Positions 22,901 through 36,000 of a DNA stretch of 64,000 nucleotides are shown here, one piece after another. The notes beneath the pieces were generated by a model. That model was not told the origin of the DNA, made no database searches, and worked only from the letters and a program-made list of their open reading frames with translations. Source of the stretch: Leucoraja erinacea (lineage: Eukaryota). The position numbers were made by a program, and so were the translations under genes. How positions within the stretch are numbered: the stretch's first letter is position 1; each line of letters starts with the position of its first letter. The stretch is taken from the NCBI RefSeq assembly GCF_028641065.1, contig NC_073400.1, forward strand, positions 19,468,001-19,532,000, given 5' to 3'.

Positions 22901-25900
22901 CTGCATTAGGACGGAGAGTGACACGGTTAATTCAGAGACAAGGATCCTGAACTGAAAGAAGGATCTCAACCCGAAACGTTGCCTATTTCCTTCGCTCCGT
23001 AGATGCTGCCTCACCCGCTGAATTTCTCCAGCATTTTTGTCTACCTTGAACTTAAAGAAAGGTAACTTTGATGGTGAGACAGGAATTGACTAGGATAGAC
23101 TGGCAAATGATACTTAAAGGGTTAATGGTGGATTTAAAGATCACATGGATGAATTACAACAATTGTTCATCCATATCTGGCGTAAAAATAAAACAGGGAA
23201 GGCAGCTTAACCGTGGCTAATGTGGGAAATTAGGGATAATATTAAATCGAAGGCAGAGGCATATAAATTTGCCAGAGGTGTGTCCCCTCCCATTGGTACG
23301 GAGCTTTTGAATTTTTCAGCTTGAAATTGTGCAATTTGGTGCATTCTGTAGCGAGTCTTTTAACTTACACTTGAATGCAATATATATGCTTTAAATTCGA
23401 TTAGCTATGAATAAGGTTAGACTAAATTACATTCCTAATGACATTCCACAATAGAGCCCAGGCTCTGATCAACAGGTGCAACACATGAATGATCTTAGTG
23501 TATTCATGTATGGAAATCAGATTATATTCAAACACTTGGCCCATGTTGACCAACCTGGGTCTCACTGCACACCTGGTACTACTCCTGACCCTGACTCCAG
23601 TTGCATACCTTCTCTCATTCCTGACCCTGAGTCAAGCCTTACACCTGGCCCCACTAGTCTACCCTGATCATAGCTGCTTGCCTGCTTAGGTTCCCAGTGC
23701 TGAACAACCATTGCAACAGAGTGGTTGGGAATGGAGCCACGCAACTGCTGATTCCCCAGCCCTGGTCCCCAGTGGCATTGCCTAGCACCCCTCACTCTGT
23801 TGGCATCTTCCTCCTTCCTCGTCTCCGTTCTTTAACTCAGGCGCCTCAGTGGGGAGGGATGTCAGGGTGAGCAGGAATTTCTAACCTCCTGCAGACAAGA
23901 GAGGAGTGTGTAGCCAGGACTGCATCAGTCAGCAGTGTGAAAAAGAGAAATGCCTGACTGTAATGGGATCTGCCCTGTTGGACAGGACATAGAGACCCGG
24001 GCCCCAGTCTCAGAGGCCCTCAGTATATTGACTGGTGGCCCTCAGACACTCTCTCTCAGGGGGATACCTGTACACTGACTGCTGTCTCCCAGTCCCTATC
24101 TGAGATGGATATGTGTACACTAGATAGGAAACTTCTGATGGTTAGTGGAGATGTCTTCATGACAGACAAGACAGGCTGATATCCTGCCACATATTGTAAA
24201 CATCCTTTAATTCTCCGAAAGAAGAATTGAGCAAGTAATGAGAAAAGGGGAAATAGAATGTGAGAAGAAGTTGCCAGAAAACAAACAGTGACAATGATTC
24301 AACAAATGTGAACATAGAACAGTACAGCTCAGGAACAGGCCCTTCAGCCCACAATTGTTGTGCTTAACATGATACCAAGTGAAACTGATCTCATCTACTG
24401 GTACACGATCCATATCACTTTAGTCCTTGCATCTCCATGTACTAAAAACCTCTTAAGCACCACTATTGTATCAGCCTCCACCACCCTGTGTCCTGCACAT
24501 CTTCAACAAACGTTCCTCCTATTACCCTATAGCTATGCCCTCTAGTGCTGAACATTTCCATCCTGGGGAAAATCCTTGATAGGGGACGATCAGCCATGAT
24601 CACAATGAATGGCAGTGCTGGCTCGAAGGGCCGAATGGCCTCCTCCTGCACCTATTTTTTATGGTTCAAAAAGGTTCTGACTGCCTACCCTTTCTAAGCT
24701 GGCCATAATTTTATACGCCTCTATAAAGTTTCCCCTCAACCTCCGATGTTCTAGAGAAAACAAACCACTTATCCAACCTCTCCCTGCAGCTGAAAGCCTC
24801 TAATCCAGGTAGTATTCTGCTAAACCTCCTCTGTATCCTCTTCAAAGTCTCCACTGTAATGAGACAACCAGAACTGAATGAAATACTCCGTGCGGCCTAA
24901 CCAAAGCCTTATAGAGCTCCATCATGGCTTCTTGCCTCTTATAGTGAATGCCTCTGGCAATGAAGGCAAGCATACTGAATGCTTTCTTTACAACTCTATC
25001 TGTTTGTGCTGCCACCTCCTGTGAGCTATCAACTACGATCCTACTGCACATCAATGCTGTTTAGAGTCTTGTCATTAACTGTATATTTCTTCACTTACAT
25101 TCAACCTCCCAAAGTGCAGCACTTCACATTTGCTTGGATTATACTCCATCTGCCATTTCTCCGCCCATTTCTGCAGTTGATATATATTGTGCCGTGTCTT
25201 CTGACAGCCTTCCCCCACCAATGGACTTGCATAGCATTGACCCTTAGGACGCATGTAATTGTCCTCCAAACCCCCCCCTATGACAAGAACATTGAGTTGT
25301 CTAGGTTCCGGTAACCTTTTAGTTTTTTAGTTCTGTTCCCCACCCTACTCTCACTCCTTACTATCCACCTAAGATGTTCATCTGGGAATGAAAGCTTGCT
25401 GACAGCGGCACGGTGGATACACCCCTCTCCCCAGGAGTCATGTCTGAAGATGACCCGATGCTCCAGACACCAGGAGTCCACCTGCAGCCAGGTCCTGAGG
25501 GCTGGCCTCTCTCACACCGTTATGCCAATTCCATATAGCTCTGGGGAGTCACCGTCAGCAAGCAGGTCCACAATCTCATCACCAGTGAGTTGAAGAAGAG
25601 TGTGCCACAAGCCAAATCCTGTGGCATTTGGATCTGTGGCATTGTTAATTCTGGCCAAATTGGAGAGGCTAGGACTTTAAAATGGGGTAAAAGCTTCAGG
25701 GCTGCTGGGAAATTTGGTCAATTTGGAATTGCTCTCTGCAGAGCTGGGACAAGCTGCGGGATGGTGCCAGTGTGTCTAGAGCCTAGATTACAATTTGCAA
25801 GAAATGAATAAGAACATCTGCAGACCCTGTCAATTAGGTGCAAAACGCATAAAATGGATTGGATGGCTGCAAACCAGACATACAGCTTGTAAATAATTGT

Positions 25901-26060
25901 AAATAATGTTGCAGAGTTCTACTTTGTTGATTGGATGAGGTATTGAGCCTTGTTTGGGTTCCTTGCAGATCAGGGTAAATGTTTCTAAGTTGGCTTCCTT
26001 GAGAAGTCCGGTGTGAATACAATGTATTGAGCTGCTGTATTATTGGGTTAGGGGAATGTC

Positions 26061-26398
26061 TGTTATGTATGGGGTTAATTGATATCTGTATTTGGATTAT
26101 TAAGAGACCACCCTCATGTGGTTCGGCCCCTCGAGGTCCCGGGACCTATAAAGGTCCGCTACCATGAGATCTTCTGGGAGAGCGCTAGGGACTGCGTGAC
26201 TTTCTGGAGTATCTCTGCCTGAGCGAGGCCTAGAGGACTTGATCAGGCAGATACGAAGATCGAACCGCGATGTGATAGATACAGTAGTTGAACTGTAATG
26301 CGCTTTTGCTAAAATAAAGATCAGTTGTTTCAAGTGCTTGATTCAGTGTTTTTACTGAAACTAGACTGGGGGGAAGCTTAGAAACCAGCAATTGACAA
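26061..26398 (+). mobile_element. Solo LTR-like sequence; only its 3' end is kept in repeat units 1 and 2
   Basis: Begins TGTTATG, contains TATAAA and AATAAA, ends near ...CA. No TSD found. Confidence 0.45.
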
Positions 26399-27702
26399 CA
26401 TCACCTACCTCAGGATTGTTCAAAATGCAGCTTCCTCAGCATGTTTCTCCTGCTACTCCCTCCATACAAGTCTTTCCCCAAAGGTCAAACCTAGTTGGGC
26501 CCTAAATCAAGCACCTATCTCCAAAGCATCTCAAAATGCCACATGGCCATAAATAGTGGATTTACTTCCCATTTATGCTTACAGGCGGTTCACAACTCAT
26601 TCTTAGTCACGTGTGTGACCAAATATATGAAAACTTATTTTGGAATACATCTCTTCTAATTCTGAAACCATTACAGGTATATTGTTTTGTACCGTATATA
26701 GGATTCATATTTTTTTCGAAGTTTATCAAGGGAAATTTTTGTTATGCTGACAATGTTTGGTTAGGGTCAGAGGTCAAATATGACTGGACACACATGCGAC
26801 CGCACGCAGGAGCATTTTTTTCATAACTCAGTTTTATCTTACAAACTGTGAATTTTAAAAAGCTAGAATGTTCATATCTTTAACAGACATGCATTATTGT
26901 TCTGTAGGTAGGGAAATAGTAATGAATGAGATTAATCTCTTCCAAGAATTATTTAATGTATTGCTCTATGATGCCATCTGGTCACGTGTGTGACCTTTTG
27001 GTCCACTTGCCAAAGAATGGCCCAATACCCTGTGTCATCTCAGAGTATAATTGAATTGAATTGAATTTAATTGAATTGAATACATTTTATTAGCCAATTA
27101 TGTATACATACAAAGAATTTGCCTTGGAACTTTGCTCGCAAATAACGACACGATATACAGTAGACAATTAAAAATAAAACATTATAATTTAAACATGTGA
27201 AGAATGAAATAAAATACCAGAGCACAAGGAGGCTACAGACTTTTTGGCTGTTGAGTAGAGCGACTGCTCGTGGGAAAAAAAGCTGTTTTTATGTCTGGCT
27301 GTGGCGGCTTTGACAGTCCGGATTCGCCTTCCAGAGGGAAGTGCTTCAAAGAGTTTGTGGCCAGGGTGAGAGGGTTCAGGGATGATCAACCTTCTTGGCT
27401 GATCGAACAATGCGTTGCGGCCTCTGGATGTCGTGCTTGGTGGCCGAGCCAAACCAGACCATGATGGAGCAGGTGAGGACAGACTCTATGATGGCCGTAT
27501 AAAACCGGACCATCATTGCCTGTTGCAGATTGTGTTTTCTCAGAAGCCGCAGGAAGTACATCCTCTGTTGGACCTTTTTGATGGTGGCCTCTCATTTAAG
27601 GTTCCTGGAGATTATTATTTCAAGGAACTTAAATGACTTCACAGATGTGACTGTGGTGTTGTTGATGGTGAGTGTGGGGGAGGGGAGGAGGAGCGCTCCT
27701 AA

Positions 27703-27902
27703 AAGTTAATTGGCTATATTTAAGAGGGAGTTAGATGTGGCCCTTGTGGCTAAGGGGATCAGGGGGTATGGAGAGAAGGCAGGTACGGGATACTGAGTTG
27801 GATGTTCTATGTTTCTATGATCAGCCATGATCATATTGAATGGCGGTGCAGGCTCGAAGGGCCGAATGGCACCTAATTTCTATGTTTCTATGTTTCTATG
27901 TT
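27703..27902 (+). mobile_element. 5'-truncated CR1 3' end, inserted only in repeat unit 3
   Basis: CR1 3' UTR and (TTCTATGT)n tail interrupt GCTCCTAAAGTCTACA, which is continuous in unit 1 and nearly so in unit 2. Confidence 0.85.
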
Positions 27903-27959
27903 AAAGTCTACAATTAATTCCACTGTCTTAAGAACATTGAGCTCCAGGTTGTTTCAATA

Positions 27960-28590
27960 GACAACAGGAATGCAGGAGTAGGCCATTCAGCCTTTCGAGC
28001 CAGCTCCGCCATTCACAGTAATCATGGCTGATCATCCACAATCAGTACCCCGTTCCTGCCTTCTCCCAATATCCCCTGATTCCTTATCTTTAAGAGCTCT
28101 ATCTAACTCTCTCTTGAAAGCATCCAGAGAATTAGCCTCCACAGCCTTCCAGAGAATTCCAGGCAGAGAGTTCCACAGATTCACAACCCTCTGTGCGAAA
28201 ACGTTTTTCCTCATCTCCGTTCTAAATGGCTTTCCCCTTATTCTTAAACTGTGGCCCCTGGATCTAGACTCCTCCAAAATTGGGAACATGTTTCCTGTCT
28301 CTAGTGTGTCCAAACCCTTTATATGTTTCAATAAGAACCCCTCTCATCCTTCTAAACTCTGGAGTATACAATCCCAGCTGCTCCATTCTATCAACATATG
28401 ATAGTCCTGTCATTCCGGGAATTAACCTCATGAACCCACGCTGCACTCCCTCAATAGCAAGAATGTCCTTCCTCAAATTAGAGGACTGGAACTGCACACA
28501 ATACTCCAGGTGTGGTTTCACTACGGCCCTGTACAACTGCAGAAGGACCACTTTGCTTCTATACTCAACTCCTCTTGTGGTGAACTCCTC
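27960..28590 (-). mobile_element. CR1 LINE 3' fragment nested in the Rex-like LINE
   Basis: RT C-terminal motifs ([28 protein letters not shown]). Confidence 0.85.
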
Positions 28591-29277
28591 TTCTCCTGGT
28601 GCCATCTTACAATGACACCAGGACGCCAGTTGTGTCACTTCCTGTCTGTAGGCAGATTCCTCCCCATCCTGGATCAGTCCAATCAGGGTTGGCCATCCAC
28701 AAACTGGAGAAGCTTGACAGAGGAGTTTGTGGAGGTGCAGTCGGTGGTGTAGAGAGTAAAGGAGAGGGGAGAGTATGCAGCCTTGCGGTGCTCCTATGCT
28801 GAGGGTCAGCAGGTCTGAGATGTGCTTTCCCAGCCTCACATTGCTGCTTCCTGTCTGTCAGGAAGTTGGCGATCCACTGACAGGGGTTCAGATGCAGTCA
28901 ATTGGCAGAGTTTGGATTGCAGCTCTGGCACAATGGTGTTGATTGCAGAGCTAAAATCCACAAACAAAATCCTTGCATAGGTCCCCTGGTGGCCTTGGTG
29001 CTGGTGGATGGTGCTAAGTGCAGCCCTAGGTCGACTGTGTCATTCACTGATCTATTGCCAGTGTCACAGTGTCAAACAAGGGCCAGTGTCACCCTCCATA
29101 CCTGGGACATCCTCCTCCCACACATTATTGCAGGACTGTGCGTATCACTGCTCGCCACTGGATGGTTCCCACCATAAAACCGCAGCCGGAACCAAAAGGT
29201 GGTGGTCTTCTCCCACTGCGGACCACCCCCACCCTGTTCCCCGACAGCTTCACTGTGATGGGTAAAGGGGGGAATAA

Positions 29278-29293
29278 CAGCGCCACCTGCTGT
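29278..29293 (-). promoter_or_regulatory. Candidate CTCF-binding site
   Basis: Minus strand reads ACAGCAGGTGGCGCTG, one mismatch from the CCASYAGRKGGCRS core. Motif match only. Confidence 0.4.
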
Positions 29294-30169
29294 CAAAGGG
29301 TAGGCAAAGTCCCTGTATTGTCAGATTTAAAGTAAATTCAGAGGTCTTGGCGCTGAAAAATGCTGTGACTGAGCTGTTGCCCTGCCCTCACACTGCCAAC
29401 CCCCAGCCGATTATTGTGCTTCACTGCAGCATGCTCTGTCCGGCCCTGCTCCTGTCTCACTCTACCCAGCCCTCCAGTCCACCTCAGCTTTACTCTGCCA
29501 ATTCCACCACCATCCTTACATCACCCAGTCACTTCCAATCTCACCCGCTCCTCCTTTAACTTCAGGTCATTTCTGGGTTTGTGGGCTGCCATGAAAAGGT
29601 AAGGGTGAGGATCAGAGCGAGAGGGGTTGGAGTCGGGGGGAGGGAGAATTCAATTTCATGGGGTTGTCAGCTACCCAAACAGAATATAGAGTGTTGTTCC
29701 ACCACTCTGGACTGGAGGAGTCCATGTGACCCTCACACACATCTTTCTCTCCACTTCCCCCACACCCTGTCACCATTCCATTCCCCTCCTGCTTAATACC
29801 CATCCCTATTTCCTCCTACGCCCCTCCCCGTTCCCGTATAACAACTACCCCTCACTCCGGTTCCACGCTAGATTCTTCACCGTTCCTTAAACTCAGGGAC
29901 CGGGTCTCCGTTCATCCGTACACAACTGTAGCCTCAACTTCCTCATTGGCAGACCACAATCATAATGAATTGGCAATAACACTTCCTCTTCAATAACCAT
30001 CTTCACAGGGGCCTCAGGGCTGTGTGCTCAGTCTCCTGCTCTACTCACTCTACACCCATGACTGTGTAGCCAGACTCTGTTCCAACACAGTGTTTTCATT
30101 TGCAGATGACACCAGATATTGGATGAATAACGAGTAAAGATGATTCAGAGTACAGGAGGGAGATGCTGG

Positions 30170-30700
30170 CTAAAATAGGCACAAAATGCTGGAGTAATTC
30201 AGTGGGACAGGCAGCAACTCTGGAGAGAAAGACGGGTAACATTTGAGGTCAAGACCCTTCTTCAGACAGTCAGGAACAGGGGAATGGAGAGATATGGAAG
30301 GGTAAGGTGCAAAAATGACAGATCAAAGCAGACGATGATCAAGGAAATGTAGAATGGTTCATTGTTGGCTGAGGGGAAGGTGACAACGAGGTATACAAAC
30401 AGCAGGAGGACTGAAATATCGGAGAACTAGGATGGGGCAGGGATGGAGGGAGAGAGAGAGAGAGAGAAAGCAAGGGCTACTTGAAGTTGGAGAAATGAAT
30501 CTTCTTACCACTGGGTTGCGAGCTGCCCAAGCGAAATATGAGGTGCTCTTCCTCCAATTTGCGATGACCTCACTCTGACAGTGGAGGAGGCCCAGGACAG
30601 AAAGGTCAGTGTGGGAATGGGAGGGGGAGTTAAAGTGTTTAGCAAACTGCAGATCGTGTAGGCACAGGCACAATGAGCGAAGGTGTTCAGCTGAACGATC
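30170..30700 (-). mobile_element. Penelope-like element remnant
   Basis: GIY-YIG-associated C-terminal text HFNSPSHSHTDLSVLGLLHCQSE, plus the typical ACAAAATGCTGGAGTAA end. Confidence 0.65.
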
Positions 30701-30867
30701 GCAGAGAGCCTGTTTTCTTCAAAGCATTGGTGGTGGAGAGAATCAACGACAAATTCCTGGGTGTGCACATCTCTCAAGATCTGTCCTAGGCTCCGCACAT
30801 TGATGTAGTCATAAAGAAAACCCATCAATACCTCAACTTCCTGAGAAAATTGAGGAGATTCAGTATA

Positions 30868-31345
30868 TAGAGAGAGTGCAGAGGAGATTTACTAGAATGT
30901 TGCCTGGGTTTCAACAACTAAGTTACAGAGATAGGTTGAATAAGTTAGGTCTTTATTCTCTGGAGCGCAGAAGGTTAAGGGGGGACTTGATAGAGGTCTT
31001 TAAAATGATGAGAGGGATAGACAGATTTGATGTGGACAAGCTTTTCCCTTTGAGAATAGGGAAAATTCAAACAAGAGGACATGACTTCAGAATTAAGGGA
31101 CAGAAGTTTAGGGGTAACATGAGGGGGAACTTCTTTACTCAGAGAGTGGTAGCGGTGTGGAATGAGCTTCCAGTGGAAGTGGTGGAGGCAGGTTTATTGG
31201 TATCATTTAAAAATAAATTGGATAGGCATATGGATGAGAAGGGAATGGAGGGTTATGGTATGAGTGCAGGCAGGTGGGACTAAGGGGAAAAAAAATTTGT
31301 TCGGCACGGACTTGTAGGGCCGAGATGGCCTGTTTCCGTGCTGTA
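30868..31345 (+). mobile_element. CR1-type LINE 3' fragment (second subfamily)
   Basis: QRRFTRMLPG...[15 protein letters not shown]...FFTQRVV.VWNELP; (TTATATGG)n-like tail. Confidence 0.85.
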
Positions 31346-31923
31346 ATTGTTATATGGTTATATGTTGACAAATACTCTCTTGAACTTCCAGAAGTGTATG
31401 ATAGGGAGCAGATTGCCTGGTAGCAGTGTGGCCTGGTTCAGCAACTCGAAAGTCCAAGAATAAAGGAGATTGCAAATAGTGGTAAACACTGCCCGGTCCA
31501 TAACAAGTACTAACCTTCCCATCATGGAAGGATCTATAGGAGGCGTTGCCTCTAAAGGCAGCTGGCATCATCAAAGATCCACACTATCTTGGCCATGCTC
31601 TAATTTCCTACTCCTAACACTGGGAAGAGGGTGTTGGAGACTGAAAATTATGGCCACCAGCTTTAAGAATAGCTTCTCCCCAAAAAACATCAAGCTCTTG
31701 AACACAACACAATTAACCTTAACCTCTCCTCACTTGAATCTACCTATCATTTGCCCCACTCCTTCCACTCACCTTTTACAATCTCCATTTCTAGACCATC
31801 AGTCCGAAGAAAAATCCCAACCCAAAACATAATCTGCCCATTTCTCTCCACTGATGCTGGCCTGCCTGTTGAGTTCCACTAACACACCATTTTGCTCAAG
31901 CTTCCAGCATGTGTTGTCTCTAG

Positions 31924-32034
31924 CAGTAGCGGACTGGGTCTAAAGATATTGGTTGCCAGGAGATGAATGGGGCCCACTTCATCAGGGGCCCACTTGCCAT
32001 CGGGCAAGCTGACACCCTGTCCAGTCCGTCACTG
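31924..32034. mobile_element. Short hAT-like MITE
   Basis: TIR CAGT(A/G)(G/A)CGGACTGG; 8-bp TSD GTCTCTAG/GTCTCTTG with one mismatch. Confidence 0.6.
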
Positions 32035-32406
32035 GTCTCTTGTGTCACCAAAACCCTGGTCAGTTTAATAGAGCTAAACCACAAAGTCTGAGCCTTAACT
32101 TTAGAGCTGGGCCTCGAGTCGGCTTTACTGTAAGTTGTTCAAATACAGTGAGGTGCAGGTGCAGTGTAAATCTTGCTTGCAGCAGCATCACATGCGCATA
32201 GACCATGGCAGGGGAAGAGGTGATCAATAATGTTTCGTTGCTGAGGTAGGATCAGAGGTTGAAGTTTAGTGTGAGGCCACAAAGCTTGGGCCTGGGGTTT
32301 AGAGAGAGGCGACACACACCCTGTGCCTATTGAGTCAACCTCCAGCCTGGAGTGAAGCCTCTTGATAATAATGACACTTGACCACCAGACTATTGCACCG
32401 GCTACA

Positions 32407-32412
32407 TTTATT
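32407..32412 (-). terminator. Probable FCER1G polyadenylation signal
   Basis: AATAAA on the minus strand ~520 nt after the stop codon. Confidence 0.5.
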
Positions 32413-32934
32413 GCACAGAATAAGCTCACATAAAACCGAGAATGAATGAAATGACAGTTGTTCATCAATCTATTCAACCAGGTGTGACCCACCTCCTGCC
32501 TCCACCATTCAAAGCGTTACTAACCCCACCCATATGATGTAAATATTATTTAACATGATCCCAGAGTCCCCAGTCCCCGCATTCCCTCCACCCAGTCATC
32601 GAGCAGAGCAGCTTCCTTCCACGCCTTTGTTGGAGGAATGAAAGAGGCTGAATGGCCTTACTGTCCCCAGGTGACAAACTCGAGGGGCTCAAGAGCCTCC
32701 AGCTGTAGGAGGAAGGACGAGCAATTCCCGCAGTCGCACAAAACACGTTGGTCTTGATGCTGAAGATTGGGTGATCATGAACAGTTACCCCACCCTCCCA
32801 GTCCCACCCCAACCCCTACACTCCCACCCCACCACCACTACATCCCCCCCCCCCCCCCCCCCCACCCCCCCCCCCCCCCCCCCCCCCGCCACACACACAC
32901 ACACATGATCTAGCCCCAGCGATTGGCAGCATCA

Positions 32935-33000
32935 CTACTTCTTTCCAGGAGCCTGGCGCTGCAGAGATTCGTACGTATCAACATGGTGCTCTCCCAGACC
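32935..33000 (-). CDS. FCER1G: FCER1G exon 5 (second ITAM Tyr, stop codon)
   Basis: [24 protein letters not shown]. Confidence 0.93.
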   Translation of the reverse strand, partial: GLGEHHVDTYESLQRQAPGKK

Positions 33001-36000
33001 CTGAGGGGGAGAGAGAGAAAGGTTAGATACAAACTGAGATGGGGGGGTGTGGGGGGGTTGGAGAGAGGGGGGGGGGGGGGGTAGGGGGAGGAGAGGAGAG
33101 AGAGGTGAGCAGAGAGAGGGGAATGGGGTTAGAGATCAACTGGGAAGCAGGGAGGAGGAGAGGCGGGGAGAGAGGGGTGGGGCGAGGGGAAGGCTGGGAA
33201 GGGAGAGGGTGAGAGGGAGGGGTGGGAGAGAGGGAGGTAGACAGAAGGATAGAGAGAGAGAAAAAAGAGTGAGAAAGAGAGAGAGTGGGAGGGGGGGGTA
33301 GTGTGGGAAAAAGTGGAAGAGAGTTCAGAGATGAGCACACAAAAATAGTGAAAGAAAACAGAGAGTGAAAGGGAGATCTAGAGAAACCAAGAAAGTGACG
33401 GTGGAAAACATGGATAGAGAGGAAAACAGTGAGAAGATACAACAGAAAGACACGAAAATGCGAGACAGGGAGAGGGGGGGGGGGTCAGAGAGTCGGACAG
33501 TAACAGTTAGCGGAGGTAGAGAGAGGGAGATTGACCGAGAGGCATACGCGGAGCAAAAAATACCGTGGCCATACCGTGTAAATGCTCTCTTCTTGCTGTG
33601 GGGAGAGAAGAAAGTGAGAAAAATAAATAAATAAGTGATTGCAACAACTGCACCATCTGCCACACACTCGCAGGGCATGCGGCCAGACACAGGGTGAAAC
33701 TCCCATAGAAACATAGAAAATAGGTGCAGGAGTCGGCCATTCGGCCCTTCGAGCCTGCACCGCCATTCAATATGATCATGGCTGATCATCCAACTCAGTA
33801 TCCTGTACCTGCCTTCTCTCCATACCCCCTGATCCATTTAGCCACAAGGGCCACATCTAACTCCCTCTTAAATATAGCCAATGAACTGGCCTCAACTACC
33901 TTCTGTGGCAGAGAATTCCAGAGATTCACCAGTCTCTGTGAAAAATGTTTTCCTCATCTCGGTCCTAAAAGATTTCCCCCTTATCCTTCAACTGTGACCC
34001 CTTGTTCTGGACTTCCCCAACATCGGGAACAATCTTCCTGCATCTAGCCTGTCCAACCCCTTAAGATTTTTGTAAGTTTCTATAAGATCCCCCCTCAATC
34101 TATGAAAGTCCTGACATCCCAGGAATCAGTCTGGTGAACCTTCTCTGTACTCCCTCTATGGCAAGAATGTCTTTCCTCAGATTAGGAGACCAAAACTGTA
34201 CGTAATACTCCAGGTGTGATCTCACCAATGCCCTGTACAACTGCAGTAGAACCTCCCTGCTCCTATACTCAAATCCTTTTGCTATGAATGCTAACATACC
34301 ATTCGCTTTCTTCACTGTCTGCTGCACCTGCATGCCTACTTTCAATGACTGGTGTACTATGACACCCAGGTCTCGTTGCATCTCCCCTTTTCCTAATCGG
34401 CCACCATTCAGATAATAGCCTACTTTCCTGTTTTTGCCACCAAAGTGGATAACCTCACATTTATCCACATTATACTGCATCTGTCATGCATTTGCCCACT
34501 CACCCAGCCTATCCAAGTCACCTTGCAGCCCCCTAGCATCTCCTCACAGCTAACACTGCCCCCCAGCTTCGGGTCATCCGCAAACTTGGAGGTGTTGCAT
34601 TCAATTCCCTCGTCCAAATCATTAATATATATCGTAAATAGCTGGGGTCCCAGCACTGAGCCTTGCGGTACCCCACTAGTTACTGCCTGCCATTGTGAAA
34701 AGGACCCGTTTACTCTTACTCTTTGCTTCCTGTCTGCCAGCCAGTTCTCTATCCACATCAATACTGAACCCCCAATACCGTGTTTGTATACTAATCTCTT
34801 ATGTAGGACCTTGTCGAAAGCCTTCTGAAAGTCCAGATATAACACATCCACTGGTTCTCCCTTATCCACTCTACTAGTTACATCCTCGAAAAATTCTATA
34901 AGATTCGTCAGACATGATTTACCCGTCATAAATCCATGCTGACTTTGTCCACTGATTTCACCACTTTCCAAATGTGCTGCTATCTCAACTTTAATCACTG
35001 ATTCTAGCAGTTTCCCCACCGCCGACGTTAGACTAACTGGTCTGTAATTCCTCGGTACACTGACCCGTCATGTACGGCCGCCCGTCATTTGACCAGGACT
35101 CACCTTTTTTCTTCCTCCGCCAGACGGCTTTTCTCCCTTTATCTCCTCATAAATGTCCTTGCTTCCCATCTGCAGGTGCTGCCAGGGACAGATACCGGTT
35201 AAAGTCAGTGCAGGCGGCCCGTTCCCCGTCCGTCAAGTTAACCCTCTCCCTCTGCCCATCGGTCTGTGGCATTAACCCCCCCCCCCCCCCCCCCCCCCCA
35301 CCCCCTTTGGGTTGAGGTGTCAGGCCCGCGATTGGGTGGGGGGGGGGGGGGGGAATTTTAGATTCATTTTTACTTGTGTTTTTAATTGTAAAGTAAAGAC
35401 ACAACGAAATGCATTTAGCATCTCCTTTGAAGAGCGACATAGCAAACGATTTTGAATTAAAAAAAAATAAAAAAAAAAAGAATCTGTTCCTAAATCCAGC
35501 CAGATGACAGCCCCCCCTCCCCCCCCTCTCCTCGGCCCAAGCTCTAGCCTCACCTCATAAGCCGCCGCCTTTTCCTTCTTTCGATTCAAGATCTGTCGAT
35601 TGATTGAGAAAGGTTTACGTTAGCCTTCAGTGCGTGGGCAATTGTTGCAAGATGGCAGCGCCGTCCACCCCACGCCCGTTACTCATTGGATACAACGGTA
35701 CAAACCACAGACCCATCCAAATTCTTTCATTCAATACCTATCCCAGCGCCCCGTGTCACTGACTGACCATCTCCGCTGATGTGAATCCTCCTCCATCACA
35801 CTCCCTTAGCGACACCTCCCCTCCAGCACCCTGTATCATTAACTGTATCTTTACTTAATGTTACTCCATCCTCACATGATCCTTCAGCTAATCCTCTCCC
35901 CCAGCGCCCCGAGTCACTGACTATATCTCCAAGCGTTGACCAAGGTCCCTCACACTGTCCCCCATCCCTTCGCTCCGTATCAATGCCACACCAATATCTT

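Larger units (their letters stand above)
9069..28009. repeat. Tandem segmental triplication: units 9069-14904, 14905-20740 and 20741-28009
   Basis: Near-identical sequence and ORF sets recur with a 5836-bp period. Junctions read ...GCCAGCTC-CGC-AAACCTATCG, with CGC shared by both parental ends (9069 and 28007). Confidence 0.95.

Noticed and set aside
29000-29350. Possible leader or IgV exon of the SLAM-like gene
   Set aside because: No frame gives Ig or signal-peptide motifs.
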